From: Octopus bimaculoides
Taxonomy: Eukaryota
NCBI RefSeq assembly: GCF_001194135.2
Contig: NC_069003.1
Location: forward strand, 18,797,189 to 18,861,188
Length of the DNA stretch: 64,000 nucleotides
Reading direction: 5' to 3'
This document shows positions 1 to 13,103 of the stretch, piece after piece (position 1 is the stretch's first letter; the number at the start of each line of letters is the position of its first letter). Both the position numbers and the translations under genes were made by a program. The notes beneath the pieces were generated by a model. The model was not told the origin of the DNA, did no database searches, and saw nothing but the letters and a program-made list of their open reading frames with translations.

Positions 1-169
1 GGATTTTATGATACTCATGCATTTCCAAAAGACGTTAACAACGTGAGTAAATAATACCAATTGAACTACAACGACCAAGAATAAAAAAAAAACTGGTGTA
101 TAAATTCAATTTGTTATGAATATCCCCCCTCCCTTTCTCTACCCACAATTACTACTAATTTTTTTTTAA

Positions 170-492
170 TCTTTTGTTTCAGTCTTTAGACTGTGGCCAA
201 AATACGTACTGGTGTCGAATGAATCGACCCCAGTACTTATTTCTTAAAAGCCTGCTACTACTTATTCTATAGGTCGATTTTGCCGAACCGCTATGTTATG
301 GGGATGTCAAGCAGTGATGGTGGACGAATACAGACACAAAGAAACACACACGCACAACGAAATTCTTTCAATTTCCGTCTACTAAAATACACTCAGCTTT
401 GGTCAGCCTGAGTCTATAGTGGAAGACACTTCCCCGTGGTGTCACCTAGTGGGACTGAACTTGAGAGCAAACTTCTTACCACACAGCTACAT
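170..492 (-). mobile_element. tRNA-derived SINE, family A (bipartite, internal microsatellite), decayed
   Basis: Reverse complement matches the head-CORE-like-(TG)n-3' module layout seen in more than 15 other copies in the window (best-preserved head at 48257-48445). Confidence 0.8.
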
Positions 493-687
493 TTGCTGGC
501 CTTAATAATAAAGCTTAGTAGTTATTTTGACTAGTTGCTTAAGACAAATGTAAAGATAATTGTATGATTAAAAAAAAAAAAGAAACATTTAATAAATGAA
601 TCATAAATTCCAATTTATATTATCCCACCCCCCACCTTTTTTTAAAAAACACTAGTATAGTTTTGCTACATGTTAGAAAATGATTTA

Positions 688-729
<42 letters not shown>

Positions 730-1317
730 TATTTTGTTGTTATATGATGGCAGAAAACCAAAATTAGCAGAAATGAGAGCTGCTGAATTGTAATGTGAAA
801 TCAATAGTGTTATGTGTGTGTGTGTGTGATATTTTGGGGAAAGTCTGTACAATCAATCACAGTAAAAATAGATACTAACAAAAATAATGATCTGAATATT
901 GATGACTTACTGCAATCTGAAACTGCAACACATCCATTGTAAATAAAGCGCACACACATTAAATTTAAAAAACAAACAAACCAATCAAAAGTACTAAGAT
1001 TTCGGTTCAAGCTTAGAGTTACGCACTCCCCATCCTTTCTTCCTCCTGTGGCCTTTCAGTAAAACTATCTCAAATTCATTCAACCACGGAAACTACCATT
1101 TTTATTTTTATCTTGTTGAAATGAGGTTAAAATGGATTATTAGTGGTCTTTGTTGCTGTTGTTGTTTTAACCTAAGCTCAACTTTGATTGAACACACCTG
1201 TGATCAAAGGGGCTCCAGCCATGAACATCCTACTTTTTTTTTATTCAAACAATTTATCTATGACTATATTATCCAATGTGTCCCAATTTGTCTCTTTTTA
1301 AACATAGTATATCTGTC

Positions 1318-1762
1318 ATTATCATCATCATCATCATCATCATCCATTTTTTCATACTAGCATGGGTAAGACGATTTGGCTGGGGCTGATAAGCCAGAGA
1401 ACTGCAGCAGACTCCAATCTATTTTGGCTTGGTTTCTACAGCTGGATGTCCTTCCTAATGCCAACCACTTCACAGAGTGTACTGGGTGCCTTTTACATGT
1501 CACCAGCACTAGTTTAGCTTGACATGTCTTCTCAAGCACAGAAAATCGCCAAATGTCTTGATCACTTGTCATCACCTTCAGGAGACTCAACATCCAAAGA
1601 TCATACTTCACCACTTCGTCGCACATCTTCCTGGGTTTACCTCTACCACAGGTTCCCTCCACAGTTAGAGATCAGCACTTCTTTATGCAGCTGTCCTTGT
1701 CCATATGCATCACATGACCATATCAGCACAGTCTTCTCTCTTATGCACATCTGATGCTCTTA
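1318..1762 (-). mobile_element. RTE LINE 3' end: ORF C-terminus, 3' UTR and (GAT)n tail
   Basis: ORF 1357-1662 contains GRGKPRKMCDEVVKYDL (RTE C-terminal GRPRKTW-type motif). It runs into the 3' UTR module and an (ATC)n tract at about 1318-1345. Confidence 0.85.
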
Positions 1763-2208
1763 TACCCGTATCTATGGTTTCGTTATCTAAAGTGTACCTC
1801 TTTCTTTTTTTTATTTTAAATTGATGAGGTGTAATTTGTGTGAGATTTGGTTACTATTTGTAGCAAATAGTTTGACTTGATCTCTCATGGTTTACTTGTA
1901 TGTAAATTGTTGTAGTTGTTGTTTAACACCAGGCCATTACTATTGAGATGACCTCTGACCCTGACATGATGATCATTTAAAAAAAATACTTTTCAAGTCT
2001 TGTAATCCTGTATTATGTATTGTTAGAGGTGTTCTTTTCCTTTTAAGATAATAAGATGTAATTTGAGATTTGACTGGTATTGTTAAGAGGTTGAGCAGTT
2101 ACATATAGTTTTCTCTGTGGGTACATGCAGTTCATGATTTATATCTGAGATACAAGATTTTTACTGCTCTGAATATGATCGGCAACTCTTCTGAAATATA
2201 TTTTTGTT

Positions 2209-2430
2209 TTAACCCTTTAACATTTAAACTGGCCATATCAGGCCCAAATATTTTTCCTGTTCTATGTTCAAACCAGCTACATCCTGCCTCTCACTTCTAC
2301 CCTGCAATGTCATTCTGAAAATAAACAATCACATCATCAAAACCTTGAAAATATAAGCTAATGCATGATTAATTCTAAACAATGGGAATAAATAAGTGTT
2401 ACATTTTGACAGAGTAATTTGAATGCTTAA
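2209..2430. mobile_element. piggyBac-type MITE, family M1 (about 220 bp)
   Basis: Starts TTAA|CCCTTTAACATT; body matches the copies at 7811, 19332 and 35151; right end decayed. Confidence 0.75.
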
Positions 2431-2502
2431 GATCAGGCGAAACCTTTTGGTGGTTAATTAACTTTTTATTGAAGTCTTCATTAAGTTCACAACCTATCCC
2501 TC

Positions 2503-2935
2503 TTCATCATCAGCCAAGTGCCTTTCCTGTGTCCAGGGGTTAGCTTGCCAAGACTCTCCACCTCCCTCAGTTATACTGCATGCTTACAATCAGCCAAGCT
2601 CTTGTTTCCAGCCCATTCTTTGATGTTGTCAGTCCACAAATGTCTTCGATGGCCTCCTCTTCTCTTCCTCTTCATACTTCCAGTTAGAATGGTTGTGAGC
2701 AATGACTCATGGCACATTGTATGTCCAAGATATAATTTTGTGGACTTGATTCTTAACAATATGTGTCTGGACTTTCAGTTTTTCTAGTACTGCAGCATTT
2801 GTTAACCTGGCTTTTTAGCTTACTCTACCCAATCTACAAAAGATCCACATTTCAAAGGTATCTATCATCTTTTCCATTGCTCTGTACATTATCCATGTTT
2901 CTGCCCCATAGAAGACAGTTAACATAATATAACAG
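2503..2935 (-). mobile_element. RTE (BovB-like) LINE 3' fragment
   Basis: Translates to FYGAETW...FEMW...YLGHTMCH...RGGHRRHLWTDNIKEW, the typical RTE C-terminal region; short (CAT)n at 2503-2511. Confidence 0.8.
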
Positions 2936-3053
2936 CTTATAATATAATATCCTCATACATATCCTTTAAAACATATATTCATTCATTAGGTACAAGTAAG
3001 GCTGTGTGGTTACGAAGTTTCCTTCATAAGCATTTGGTTTTGAGTTCAATTTC

Positions 3054-3088
<35 letters not shown>

Positions 3089-4267
3089 ACATGCACACAA
3101 TTACAGGTACACATAAATTGAATTTATATTGTTTTAAAGGTACACACAAATTGAATTTATACTGTTTTAAAGTGATTTAAATTAAAAAGAAACTTCCATC
3201 AAAATTTCATATTTAATTATGTTGCAAAGATCTGCTTAATAATGACAAAGTTATTTTACTAAATTCTTCATTATTTCAAATTCCACAAGCCTTCTGTTCT
3301 AGACTGGTATTTTATTTATCCCTAACTTAACCCGGAAGGATGTGTGGTAAAGTTTATCCAGGTAGAATTTGAACCCAAAATGCAATAAATTGGAATAAAT
3401 ACTGCAAGATGTTTTGTCCAATGCTAAAATGATTCTGCTAAATCACCAGAGTCTCTCATTGAATGACATTGTAAGTGGTTGAATATTCTACAGACGCTAA
3501 TTCCTTTTGAGTATTTCTCAGGCAGTATTGTTGTTATACTCTGTATGTGTGTGTGTGTGTGTGTGTGCATCAAGGCTGAGCCTTTCAATTACAGGTACAA
3601 CACACCTTGTTTTTACAATGTAAATAACTGAATATTCAATGTCCTGTTAACAAAACCCTCAGAGTGGCAGAGGGTGTGATAAGGCTACACCCTTTGAATC
3701 ACAAGTACAGTCCATATGATGGGCTTCTTCCCAGATATTGTGTACCCAGTTTCATTCTGAAGGTTTGATTTGACCCAGGAGGTATGTTATGCTGGAGGAA
3801 GGAAACATTCTCAGGATGCAGTGAGACTTTGTAATTAACCATTCAACCTTACCCACATCAGTAAAAATGTATATAAAAGCACTACCCCCATTATAGTCAC
3901 CAAACCTGCTCAGAGTAAAAATACAATGTCCTTGATGCTGTGTTAAAATCAGCAATGTAAGCCAATTAAACCTGCTAACAATGTACGCTACTGTTGCTGC
4001 TTATGAACTGAGAACCTTGCCACCTGTTGCATTTACTGACAGCTTTTGTGTGGGGGCTTGACCTTTTACAAAAGCTATCAAATTCTTTCAGATCATATTG
4101 TAGCATTTCACAGAACCAAACTTTTATGGTTTTATGGGGGTAAAATAATGGTGTTTTTTTTAATAAAATATAATGGAAATTTATTTTATAAACAAATATC
4201 ATTTTTAAAATAGGAGTTTCCTACATGAAAAAGTTTACTTTATAAAACTGTTTGTTTCATTTAATCC

Positions 4268-4830
4268 TTTTGTTATCAGAAGGCAGCATTGTCATCAGCA
4301 TACTGAAGTTCTGAGATGTGTTGCATGTGTGTCAGATGTTTAGACTGAAGTCTACTAAGATTGGAAAGCCCTCCATCGTATTGATATCTCATATCAACTC
4401 CTGGATTTTCTGGGGGTAACTTTGTGAAGCATTGCATCCAGATATAAGGAGAATAGAGTAGATGCCAAGACACATTCTTGTTTTAGTCCACACGTGACTA
4501 GAAATTCTTCTGATTGCATGTTTTGGTGTAATACACATCCAGATGTATTGTTATGCATTGTTTGAACCAGAAAGATTAAAGGATCAGGACATCCAAAACA
4601 ATGAAGGAACATTCGCATAGCAGCTCTTGGAACACTATCAAAGACCTTTTCCAAGTCATAGAGAACAAGATAAATGCTTTTTTCATGGAGTTGCCTTGCA
4701 CAGAAAATCATGTCAGTTGTGTCACAAGTGGCACAGAATCTCCAATGAGATTCTGGTAGGATCTTTTCAACAATATCTGGAGCCGATTTAAAAGAATTCT
4801 AGCAAAGACCTTTCCAGTGATGGAAAATAA
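4268..4830 (-). mobile_element. RTE-BovB-like reverse transcriptase remnant (pseudogenised)
   Basis: MIFCARQLHEK...DLEKVFDSV...GLKQECVLASTLFSLY and RYQYDGGLSNLSRLQ...ELQYADD are RT domains 3-5, split by frameshifts. Confidence 0.9.
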
Positions 4831-4845
4831 TGATATTCCTCTATA

Positions 4846-5215
4846 GTTCCCACATTTGTTTCAGTTCTAAAAATAATGAAGAATTTAGTGAAATAACTAT
4901 CATTAGGCAGTGAGCTGGCAGAATTGTTATCATGCTTGGCAAAATGCTTAGTAACATTACATCTGTCTTTGTTCTGAGTTCAAATTCCACTGAGGTCAAC
5001 TTTGTCTTTCAATATTTTAGGGTTGATAAAATAAGTATCATTTGAGCACTGGGGTCAGTGTAATTGACTTAAACCCTCCCTTGAAATTGCTGGCCTTGTG
5101 CCAAAATTTGAAACCATTATTATCTGAAGTTTAGAACATAAATTAACATGAAATTTTAGTAGGGTTAAACTTAGCTCACTTTAAAAATACAAGTTTGTAT
5201 CATAGAACCAGAGGC
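4846..5215. mobile_element. piggyBac-type MITE family M2, interrupted by a SINE
   Basis: M2 body (aaaataatgaagaatttagtgaaataact...catta) breaks at 4905 and resumes at about 5118 (ttatctgaagtttagaacataaattaacatgaaatttt). Confidence 0.7.
4906..5117 (+). mobile_element. tRNA-derived SINE, family B
   Basis: Head GGCAGTGAGCTGGCAGAA...GTTCAAATTCC (A- and B-box-like). Related copies at about 11775-11990, 24190-24360 and 3290-3450 (-). Confidence 0.8.
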
Positions 5216-5307
5216 CATTTCACTGAGGGAGTCTTGCATTAAAACAGGTCCTGATTTGTCTCCCTTACTTGTTGAAGTGATTAAAATACTAATAACCATT
5301 GATCTAA

Positions 5308-5696
5308 TATTGTTTTTTTCAACTGAAGTCCATATGCCCCCACCCGGGGTGTGTGGGGTCTATGTAAGACTTTTGGGGGTCCACACAAGCAAAATAGTAA
5401 ATTGGATATACACTATAGTATTTTAAAGGTCCATGCAAAAATGTTGCTTTGGATGTATTTATTGCAAAAGAAAAAACAGCTGAGTTTCCTTCACCAAAAT
5501 TTTCAACCTACACAAATGAATATGTGAAAAACAAAATAGGAATTTTACATAGTTCAACCTACACAAGTTAATATATGATAAACAAAATGGGAATTTTTAC
5601 AGAAGTCTTTAAACATCAAGTGACTATGGGTGGTGTGGCCTACCAGAATAAAATAGTAATTAAAGGAGTCAGACAAAAAATGGTTGAGAACCACTG
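5308..5696. mobile_element. hAT (Charlie-like) MITE
   Basis: Ends GGTTGAGAACCACTG (reverse complement CAGTGGTTCTCAACC); body homologous to 63429-63841; left TIR decayed. Confidence 0.7.
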
Positions 5697-5910
5697 GTGT
5701 AATGCAACAGATTTGGCTGCTATTTCTTGCATGACTAGCTCATGACTCAATGTTTTTTTTTTCTTTTTGTATCCATTGAAGAAGACAAGATAGAATAAAT
5801 TATAAAAATGCTTTTTGCTAATGATGTTAAATAAATTAGTCTTATCATTTATTGATTATCATGTATATATTGCGATGCACTCATTAGCTATCTCAGTGTC
5901 TACACAGTCA

Positions 5911-5944
<34 letters not shown>

Positions 5945-6362
5945 NNNNNNNNNNNNNNNNNNNNNNNNNNNNNNNNNNNNNNNNNNNNNNNNNNNNNNNN
6001 NNNNNNNNNNNNNNNNNNNNNNNNNNNNNNNNNNNNNNNNNNNNNNNNNNNNNNNNNNNNNNNNNNNNNNNNNNNNNNNNNNNNNNNNNNNNNNNNNNAT
6101 ATATATGATAGCTCTCTTAGTGTGTTGCTTATAAGTTTCTATAGATGTTTTATCCACCTATATACTTAGAAACAATGGCCATTTCGCTGCTATTGTGAAT
6201 AAACTATAGATAGATGGCTATTTATATTTCTGTGGAAGAGTAAGTGACTGTGTGGAGTCTCACCTGCATTGAAAGCTGGAGTATGGGCCAGTTTAGAGCC
6301 TGGTGTAAGACTTTTTGCCAGTTTTTAAAATTAGAAACAGAAAAAATCAGGCAGCAAAAGTG

Positions 6363-6650
6363 CTGTCTGTCTCTCATTCTCTTTGTTTGTCTCTGCTTGT
6401 CTGTCTGTCTCTCTCTTTGGCTATCTGTCTCTCTCTCTCTTTCTCTCTCACTTTGCCCCTATTGGTCTGCCTGTCTCTGTCTCCCTGTTTGTCTGCCTCT
6501 CTATGTTTATCTGCCTCTATCTGTCTACCTCTACCTGTCTCTGTCTGCCTCTCCCTATCTGTCTCTCTGTCTCGTCAATGTCTGCCAGTCTATGTTTCTC
6601 TGACTCTGTCTGTCTCTCTTTGTCTGTCTTTCTCTTTCTATCTCTTTCTG
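6363..6650. repeat. Degenerate (TCTG/TCTC)n pyrimidine-rich microsatellite
   Basis: About 290 bp of interleaved TC and TCTG units; source of the spurious LSVCL-rich ORFs. Confidence 0.9.
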
Positions 6651-7188
6651 TTTGTACTCTTAAGTAAGGTCCTTCATTTCACATTGCTCCAGTCTTCTCA
6701 GTTGAAAATGAGTCCCAGCTAAGTGCTGGTGCAGCTCATTCTTTCTCAACTGTCACATCACTGGATGTGCTTAAGGGGGTTGAGTGGGTGTCTATGTCTG
6801 CTCATGACTACATAGACTCCTATAACAATAAAAGGAAGTATGGTGCATGTTATCAAGTTATACTTGCTTATGAATAAAGGCTGGTTGCACTGCAAACCTG
6901 TCTATCCACGTCAGCATTGAAAATTATCATTATCATCATTAATGTCCACTTTTCCATGCATGAATGGGTCAGACAGAATTCATCAAGGCAGATTTTCTAC
7001 ACCCAGATACCTTTCCTGTTACCAACTGTCACCTGTTTCCTAGCAAGGTAATATTTCCCCAGGTATGCTTTTCACTGAAGTCTGGTCATGAATATTACTT
7101 GTATGATATTAAGCTCATTTATAATCATTACATGTTAAGACAAGGATACACACACAAACATACACATGCATGTATACACACATTTGTG

Positions 7189-7240
<52 letters not shown>

Positions 7241-7810
7241 AGTGTGTGTGTGCACAATAGGCTTCTTTCAAGACCACATAGCTGGGAAGCAAGCTTCTTA
7301 AACATACTGTCACAACTGTGCTTTAAAACAAGGGTCATCTGGGATATAAACCCAAGATCTCTCCCAATAAAAACAGTGGCAGTGGTGGTAACAACTGCAA
7401 CAATAATAATGATGATAATGTTAATAGCTGAAAGAGAGAAGAGTTCATGGGTGAAATGAGCCAAATCAAAGGGCTATGATACATTGGTTGTAGCATTGGT
7501 CATATCATGGAATAAATTATTTCGTCATGAGAAAGAATAGATTTATTTTCATTCTTGAAGGTGAAATAATTTATTCCACTTTGTGTATATTTTGTATTCA
7601 CCGACATAGGTGAATAGTCTATTTAGTTTGATCTTATCTGTTAATGGCTTCGTATCTCTTCCCACCCTAACCACTTACTCATCTCTCCACTTTCACCCCC
7701 ACCCCCTCCACATCCAGTTCTTCACAAACCATCATCTCCAGTCCTTCCTTCTCAGAACATTTCTCCCACTGGAATGTCTTTCCTGCAGGTGTTGACCTGC
7801 AGCACTTTAA

Positions 7811-8039
7811 CCCTTTAGCACTTTAAAATTTAAAGTGGTTGTATCTGGCCAAAATATTTTACCTGTTTTATGTTCATACTGGCCAGATCTGATTTCTCAC
7901 ATCTACCTTATAATGTCATTCTAAAAATAAACAGTCACATCATTGAAATCTCGAAACTACAAGATAATGCATTATTAATTCAAAAGCAGTGTGAATAAAC
8001 AAGCATTACGTTTGACAGAATGATCTGAATGCTAAAGGG
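7811..8039. mobile_element. piggyBac-type MITE M1, complete
   Basis: TIRs CCCTTTAGCA / TGCTAAAGGG with TTAA on both sides (7807-7810, 8040-8043). Confidence 0.9.
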
Positions 8040-8578
8040 TTAAGCAGAACTTTGAATTAGCAGCTTTAAGCCCTCTGTGTCTTAAAGGGTCTTGTAAGGC
8101 CTGCAGAGATTTTGGGTACTGCCAACTTCCTCCACACTCAGCAAGTTTACAAAATGCCAAAATTCCTTTGTAAAAGAATGCTATTATTCTTATATTTTGA
8201 AAATCTTCATGATTTATTCCATGTGTCCATTACTGTAACAGATCCTATGAGCCATTTTTATGTAGTGTATAAACTCAAGTTGTTTAGGAAGTGTCAAATA
8301 TTTATATGTGCGTGTGTATATGTATGTATGTACACACAAACACACACACACACATATATGAAGTTGCAAGCATGGCTATGTAGCAAGAAGTTCGCTTCCC
8401 GACTGCATAGTTCTATGTTGTGTCACCCTGGGCTCTAAAGCTCTAGGCCAATCAAAGCCTTGTGAGTGGATTTGGTAGATGGAAACTGAAAGAAACCTGT
8501 CATGCATGTACTTGTGTGTGCCCGTGTATCAGTGTGTGTATGTATGTGTATTGGTGTCTCTGTGTGTGTGTGTGTGTG

Positions 8579-9892
8579 TGAGGTAGTACCCAAAAGAAAC
8601 CGGAATTTTGCAATATTATTTTAGTCACTTAGTTTTACATGTTTACACTTTTATTGCCTTCAGAGTATTCTCCATTTGCAGCAATGCATCGGTTCAGATG
8701 CGTTTCCCACTGTCCAAAGCAGTCTTGCAACTCTTGTGAAGTGATGCCTTTTAACACCTCCATTGTTTCTCTTCACCTCTTCCACATCTGCAAAACGTTT
8801 TCCTTTAAGGACTTTTTTCATTTGGGGAAACAAAAAAGAGTTGCAGGGAGCAAGATCAGGTGAATAGGGAGGGTGGGTAAGCAATGTCATGCCATTTTGG
8901 GCAAAAACTGTCTCTCACTCAAGGTGGTGTGCGAAGGTGCATTGTTGTGATGAAACCATCACTGTCCACTTTGCCACAGGTCAGGGCATTTTTGTCTTGC
9001 CATGTCTCACAAATGATTCAGAACTGCCAAGTAAAATGTCTAGTTAACAGTTTGACCAGGTGGAACAAATACTGTGTGGACAATTCCTTTCGCATCGATG
9101 AAACAAATCAGCATTGTCTTGACATTGGACTTCACTTGATGCACTTTTTGGGGGTGTGGTGACATTGAATGCTTCTATTGACTTGATGGTTACTTTGTTT
9201 CCTGTTTGTAACCATAGCACCAGCTTTCATCACCAGTGATGACCTTCGTAAAAAGGTTTGGTTCAACTTCCAACTGTTCTTTCAGTTCACAACACACATT
9301 TAGTCGTGACTGTTTTTGATCTTCTGTGAGCAAGATAGGCACAAATTTTGCTACGACTCTTTCATTCACAATTCATCCCTCAAAATTCGTTGGCAGAGCT
9401 CCATGACACCAGTCATATCAACAATCTCGTCAATTGTTTGGTGACAGTCCTTCAAGATCAGTTAATGAATTTTTGTGATGTTTTCATTTGTTTGGGAGGT
9501 CAGCGGGTGCTCTGAACGAGGTTGATCTTCAAGCAACAAATGATCATTTCTAAAGTGTGAAAACCACTTGTCAACTTGTGTTTTGCTCAGGGCAGCATAC
9601 TTGTAAGCTGTTTGAAGCATGAGAACTGTTTTGGTCACCGTTTCCCCAGTAGAAAACTGAATTTCAAAGAAGCATATTGTCCCTTCGTTTCAGCCATTGC
9701 AAAAATGGATGAACAAGGGAGAAGCACTGCAAAACAAAGAGGCTCCATGTGGCAGTATGACTCCATTCAACACCACTGGTTGGCAGACTGACGCCTGAAG
9801 GTGGCATCAAGTGGCTTCTAGAGTTGGAAGCCTGAACTACAATGGGCTTGTCCCACAGAGAATGTTTCCTGTTAATTTTGGGTACCCCTTCA
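8579..9892 (-). mobile_element. Full-length decayed mariner transposon
   Basis: Imperfect TIRs (GAGGTAGTACCCAAAAGAAACCGGAAT vs TTTCCTGTTAATTTTGGGTACCCCTTCA), TA at the right end, about 1.3 kb. ORF 8660-8890 has HPPYSPDLAPCNSFLFP (mariner YSPDLAP motif). Confidence 0.9.
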
Positions 9893-10293
9893 TATACTGT
9901 GTGTGTATTGGTGTATGTGTTAGTCTCTTTGACTTCATGTGATAGTTGTGATGTATCTGTTGATGGGAATATTACCTTGCTTGGTATAATCTCACAAGCA
10001 CTTAGTGTTAAATTAACTTAACTATTACTTGTCATGCAGACAGTCCTCCTCCTCCTCCTCCTCCTCCTCCTCCTCCTCCTTCCCCTCCTCATTGTCATCT
10101 TCTTTTCTATGCTTGCTTGGATTAGATAAAACTATGTTCAAGCAGAATTCTACAGTTGAATGTCCTTCCTTGCCATCCTTCAACCTTTTACCAAGCAAAG
10201 AAATAATTCCCCATGACACATTTTTCACAGAAGACTAAAAATGAACAGCATAACTTTTATTATGGTGATGTCAAAGCAAAGGTATTTGCATGT

Positions 10294-10328
<35 letters not shown>

Positions 10329-10584
10329 AGTGTGTGTGTGCACAGCCACTACTGGTTGCATATTCTCGACTTTTTGCACACTCCATCTACCAACATTACA
10401 ACTATTAGTAATTCTGAGCCCCCAGAAACAGCTGTCAGACCTGAAATACCATGCTCTCTCCCCTTACTTTTCTATATCTTTAATACTTCATGTAAATCTG
10501 TTCTGTAAATATCAAGATATCTCTTTGCTTATGCATGAAGGTTCATCTGATGAATATTTTCAGTTTATGTTTCTGTCTTTATAT

Positions 10585-10950
10585 ATCCCTGTTCTTTTAC
10601 TTGTTTCAGTCAGTTGACTGGCCATGCTGGAGCATCACATTTAGTTGAACAAATTAACCCCAGGGCTTTCTTTATAAGTCCAGTACTTATTCTATCAGTC
10701 TCTTTTGCCAAACTGCTAAGTTATGGGGACATAAACATGCCAACGTTGGTTGTCAAGCAATGGTGGATGAGGACAGACACAGACACAAATATATATACAA
10801 CGGGCTTCTTTCAGTCTCTGTCTACCAAATCCACTCACAAGGCTTTGGTCGGCCTGAGGCTATAGTAGAAGACGCTTGCCCAAGGTGCCCTGCAGTGGTA
10901 ATGAACCTGGAAGCATGTGGTTGGGAAGCAAGCTTCTTACCTCACAGCCA
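10585..10950 (-). mobile_element. SINE family A, near full length
   Basis: Both modules present and match the other family A copies. Confidence 0.85.
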
Positions 10951-10974
10951 CAGTATATATATATATCTCCCTCT

Positions 10975-11500
10975 CTACCTCTCGTTGCTCACTCATATTC
11001 TACTTCCTCCCCTTCTTCTCCCTCTGCTACTCTTTCTCCCTACTCCTCGCTGGTCACGTGTGTCCGGTTGCTATTTCTTTTCGGTCTTGGACTCCCCNNN
11101 NNNNNNNTCTCCCTCTGCTACTCTTTCTCCCTACTCCTCGCTGGTCACGTGTGTCCGGTTGCTATTTCTTTTCGGTCTTGGACTCCCCAAGCTTCGCACG
11201 CACTTCTTCGCCTCTCCAGTTCGTGCGTCACAGCGTTTAATACATACACACTTCTCCACGTCTGGCTGTACAACCTTTTTGTTTGTTTATTTCACCGTTT
11301 CATTTTCCTGTCTTGTTTTCCGTCCGCCACTATCCTCCACGAAAAAATTTTTATTTGTGTTCGTGGGAAGAGCCATTTTAACAATGCATCCTGCCCTAAC
11401 TCTTCGAAACGCCTGTGTTTTAATGGTGGCAGCTGATGAAGGATATGTTCTCTATGTCGCCTGCTTGTTTTTTGTAACTTGTTTATCATTTTGTTCATGT
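10975..11500. mobile_element. CpG-rich young interspersed repeat, unclassified
   Basis: Locally high CpG content against the AT-rich background, bounded by a SINE and microsatellites; spans a 10-N gap with duplicated flanks. Confidence 0.4.
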
Positions 11501-11600
11501 TCTTTTGCAACATCATGTACCCAGATATGTATCTATATGTACATGTAGATGAAGGTATGTACATACATGTGCATATATATGCATATACTCATATATTGTT

Positions 11601-11700
<100 letters not shown>

Positions 11701-11774
11701 GAACTTCCTATATGTGTGTGCATTGTTTTGTTTATGATCTATATAATTGTAAGAATGCGTCAAAAAGGAGGAGG

Positions 11775-11990
11775 CCGGTGAGTGGGTTGAATCATTAGCA
11801 TGCTGGGTGAAATGCTTAGTGGCATTTTGTCCTGTCTGTATGTTCTGAGTTCAAATTCCACCAGGGTAACTTTGCCTTTCATCTGTTCTAGGTCGATGAT
11901 ATAAGTGCTAGTTGAATACTGGGGTTGATTTAATCGACTTAGCCCCTTTCACACACCTGTTGGACTTGTGTCAAAATTTGAAACCAATAT
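11775..11990 (+). mobile_element. SINE family B
   Basis: Matches 4906-5117 along its length, ending tcaaaatttgaaacc. Confidence 0.8.
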
Positions 11991-12729
11991 GTCAAAAAGG
12001 CATATTATAGATGCTGGTAATTTGTGCTCAGACTGGATCAGATAACTAAAATCTGATGTCAAACAGGGAGGCACACATACATGTCTTCAGTTAGCTTTTT
12101 CATGCTTCCTACATTATATATGTTAACATCAATTTTTTTTTTTTTATGTAGATGGTATTGTATGTTCCTACAGCAACATATATGAATTTTTATACTTTTC
12201 ATTTAGCGATCCATTCATTTGAAACAACTTCGGCAAGTTTGGTGAAGATTTATACTTTGCTAAAGAGGCCAGAATAAAATCACAATATGCCCCAACTTTT
12301 TCCTTCACTTGCTCAATGCAATGAAGATATTTCTATGATATTAGTCATTTACCTACTTCAGTATATAAAGCTAAGTATATACTTTGCTAAAGAAGGCAGA
12401 ATAAAGATCCAAATTGACCCAGTCACTCTCTTGTCTGATGCAATGAAAATGATAATACAACAATATTAGTCATCGACATGTAATGTTGTTTTGGTTATGT
12501 CTTTTATTCCTCTCTGTGTAATTATTTATCATTTTTTGTGTTTTTTTCCCTACGGTCTGGGCATGAAATATATTAACACTTAACTTAAATATCAAATATT
12601 GTTCAGTTGATGTCATGATATCTTGGTTATGAAATACGGATGAGGTGGTGGTAGTAGTAGTAGTTTGTAGCTCTTTTAATTGAGTCATCATCATCATCAC
12701 AATCACTGATACATACAGATATATATATT

Positions 12730-13103
12730 CAGGGTGTGATAGATAAATTGTTGCCATATAACTTTAATTTTGTGCATGCGCATTGTTTGTTTTTGATTTT
12801 GTCGACTACACAGTATAGTAGGGTCAGTTGGGCACCATCTGTGAGAAAAACAGGACCATGATGCAATTCACTCTGCCAGAAATTTAGAAATGACATGTGG
12901 TACTGCTTGGCATTCGCACTGTGTTTGGGTGTCGATCTGACGATAGTGCAGAGGATTCGAAAAGAGTTGGATGAGTCTAATAGTGATTACAAGGGTATGG
13001 CAGCTCAGAAAACTCCCTCTGATCGTTCTGATAAGAAAAGAACTCCTGAATTTGTTGGTGAGATCCAGGCCATGGTTGACAATGATCCCTCCAAGTCAAT
13101 CAG
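12730..13103 (+). mobile_element. 5' part of a maT (DD37D-type) Tc1/mariner transposon
   Basis: TIR CAGGGTGTGATAGATAAATTGTTGCC and 5' body closely match 41954 onward; encodes ...KKRTPEFVGEIQAMVDNDPSKSIR. Confidence 0.8.

Noticed and set aside
5815-6157. ORFs spanning N-runs or microsatellites (also 43879-44553, 48284-48914, 50352-50858, 57984-58979, 61234-61899 and the [12 protein letters not shown]-rich ORFs)
   Set aside because: They are open only because of Ns or low-complexity repeats; no coding signal.
10025-10238. Acidic or Ser-rich ORFs over a (CCT)n tract
   Set aside because: Driven by a trinucleotide repeat; no convincing splice signals or homology.
11017-11188. Exact 81-bp direct repeat (similar case around 35920-36030)
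   Set aside because: The copies flank a 10-N gap, the pattern of an unmerged contig overlap.
11395-11460. GAAAC and CTGATGA motifs close together
   Set aside because: I could not build stems I-III in any hammerhead topology.
12250-12450. Old direct duplication (tatactttgctaaaga..cagaataaa, about 125 bp apart)
   Set aside because: Short, decayed local duplication with no further structure.
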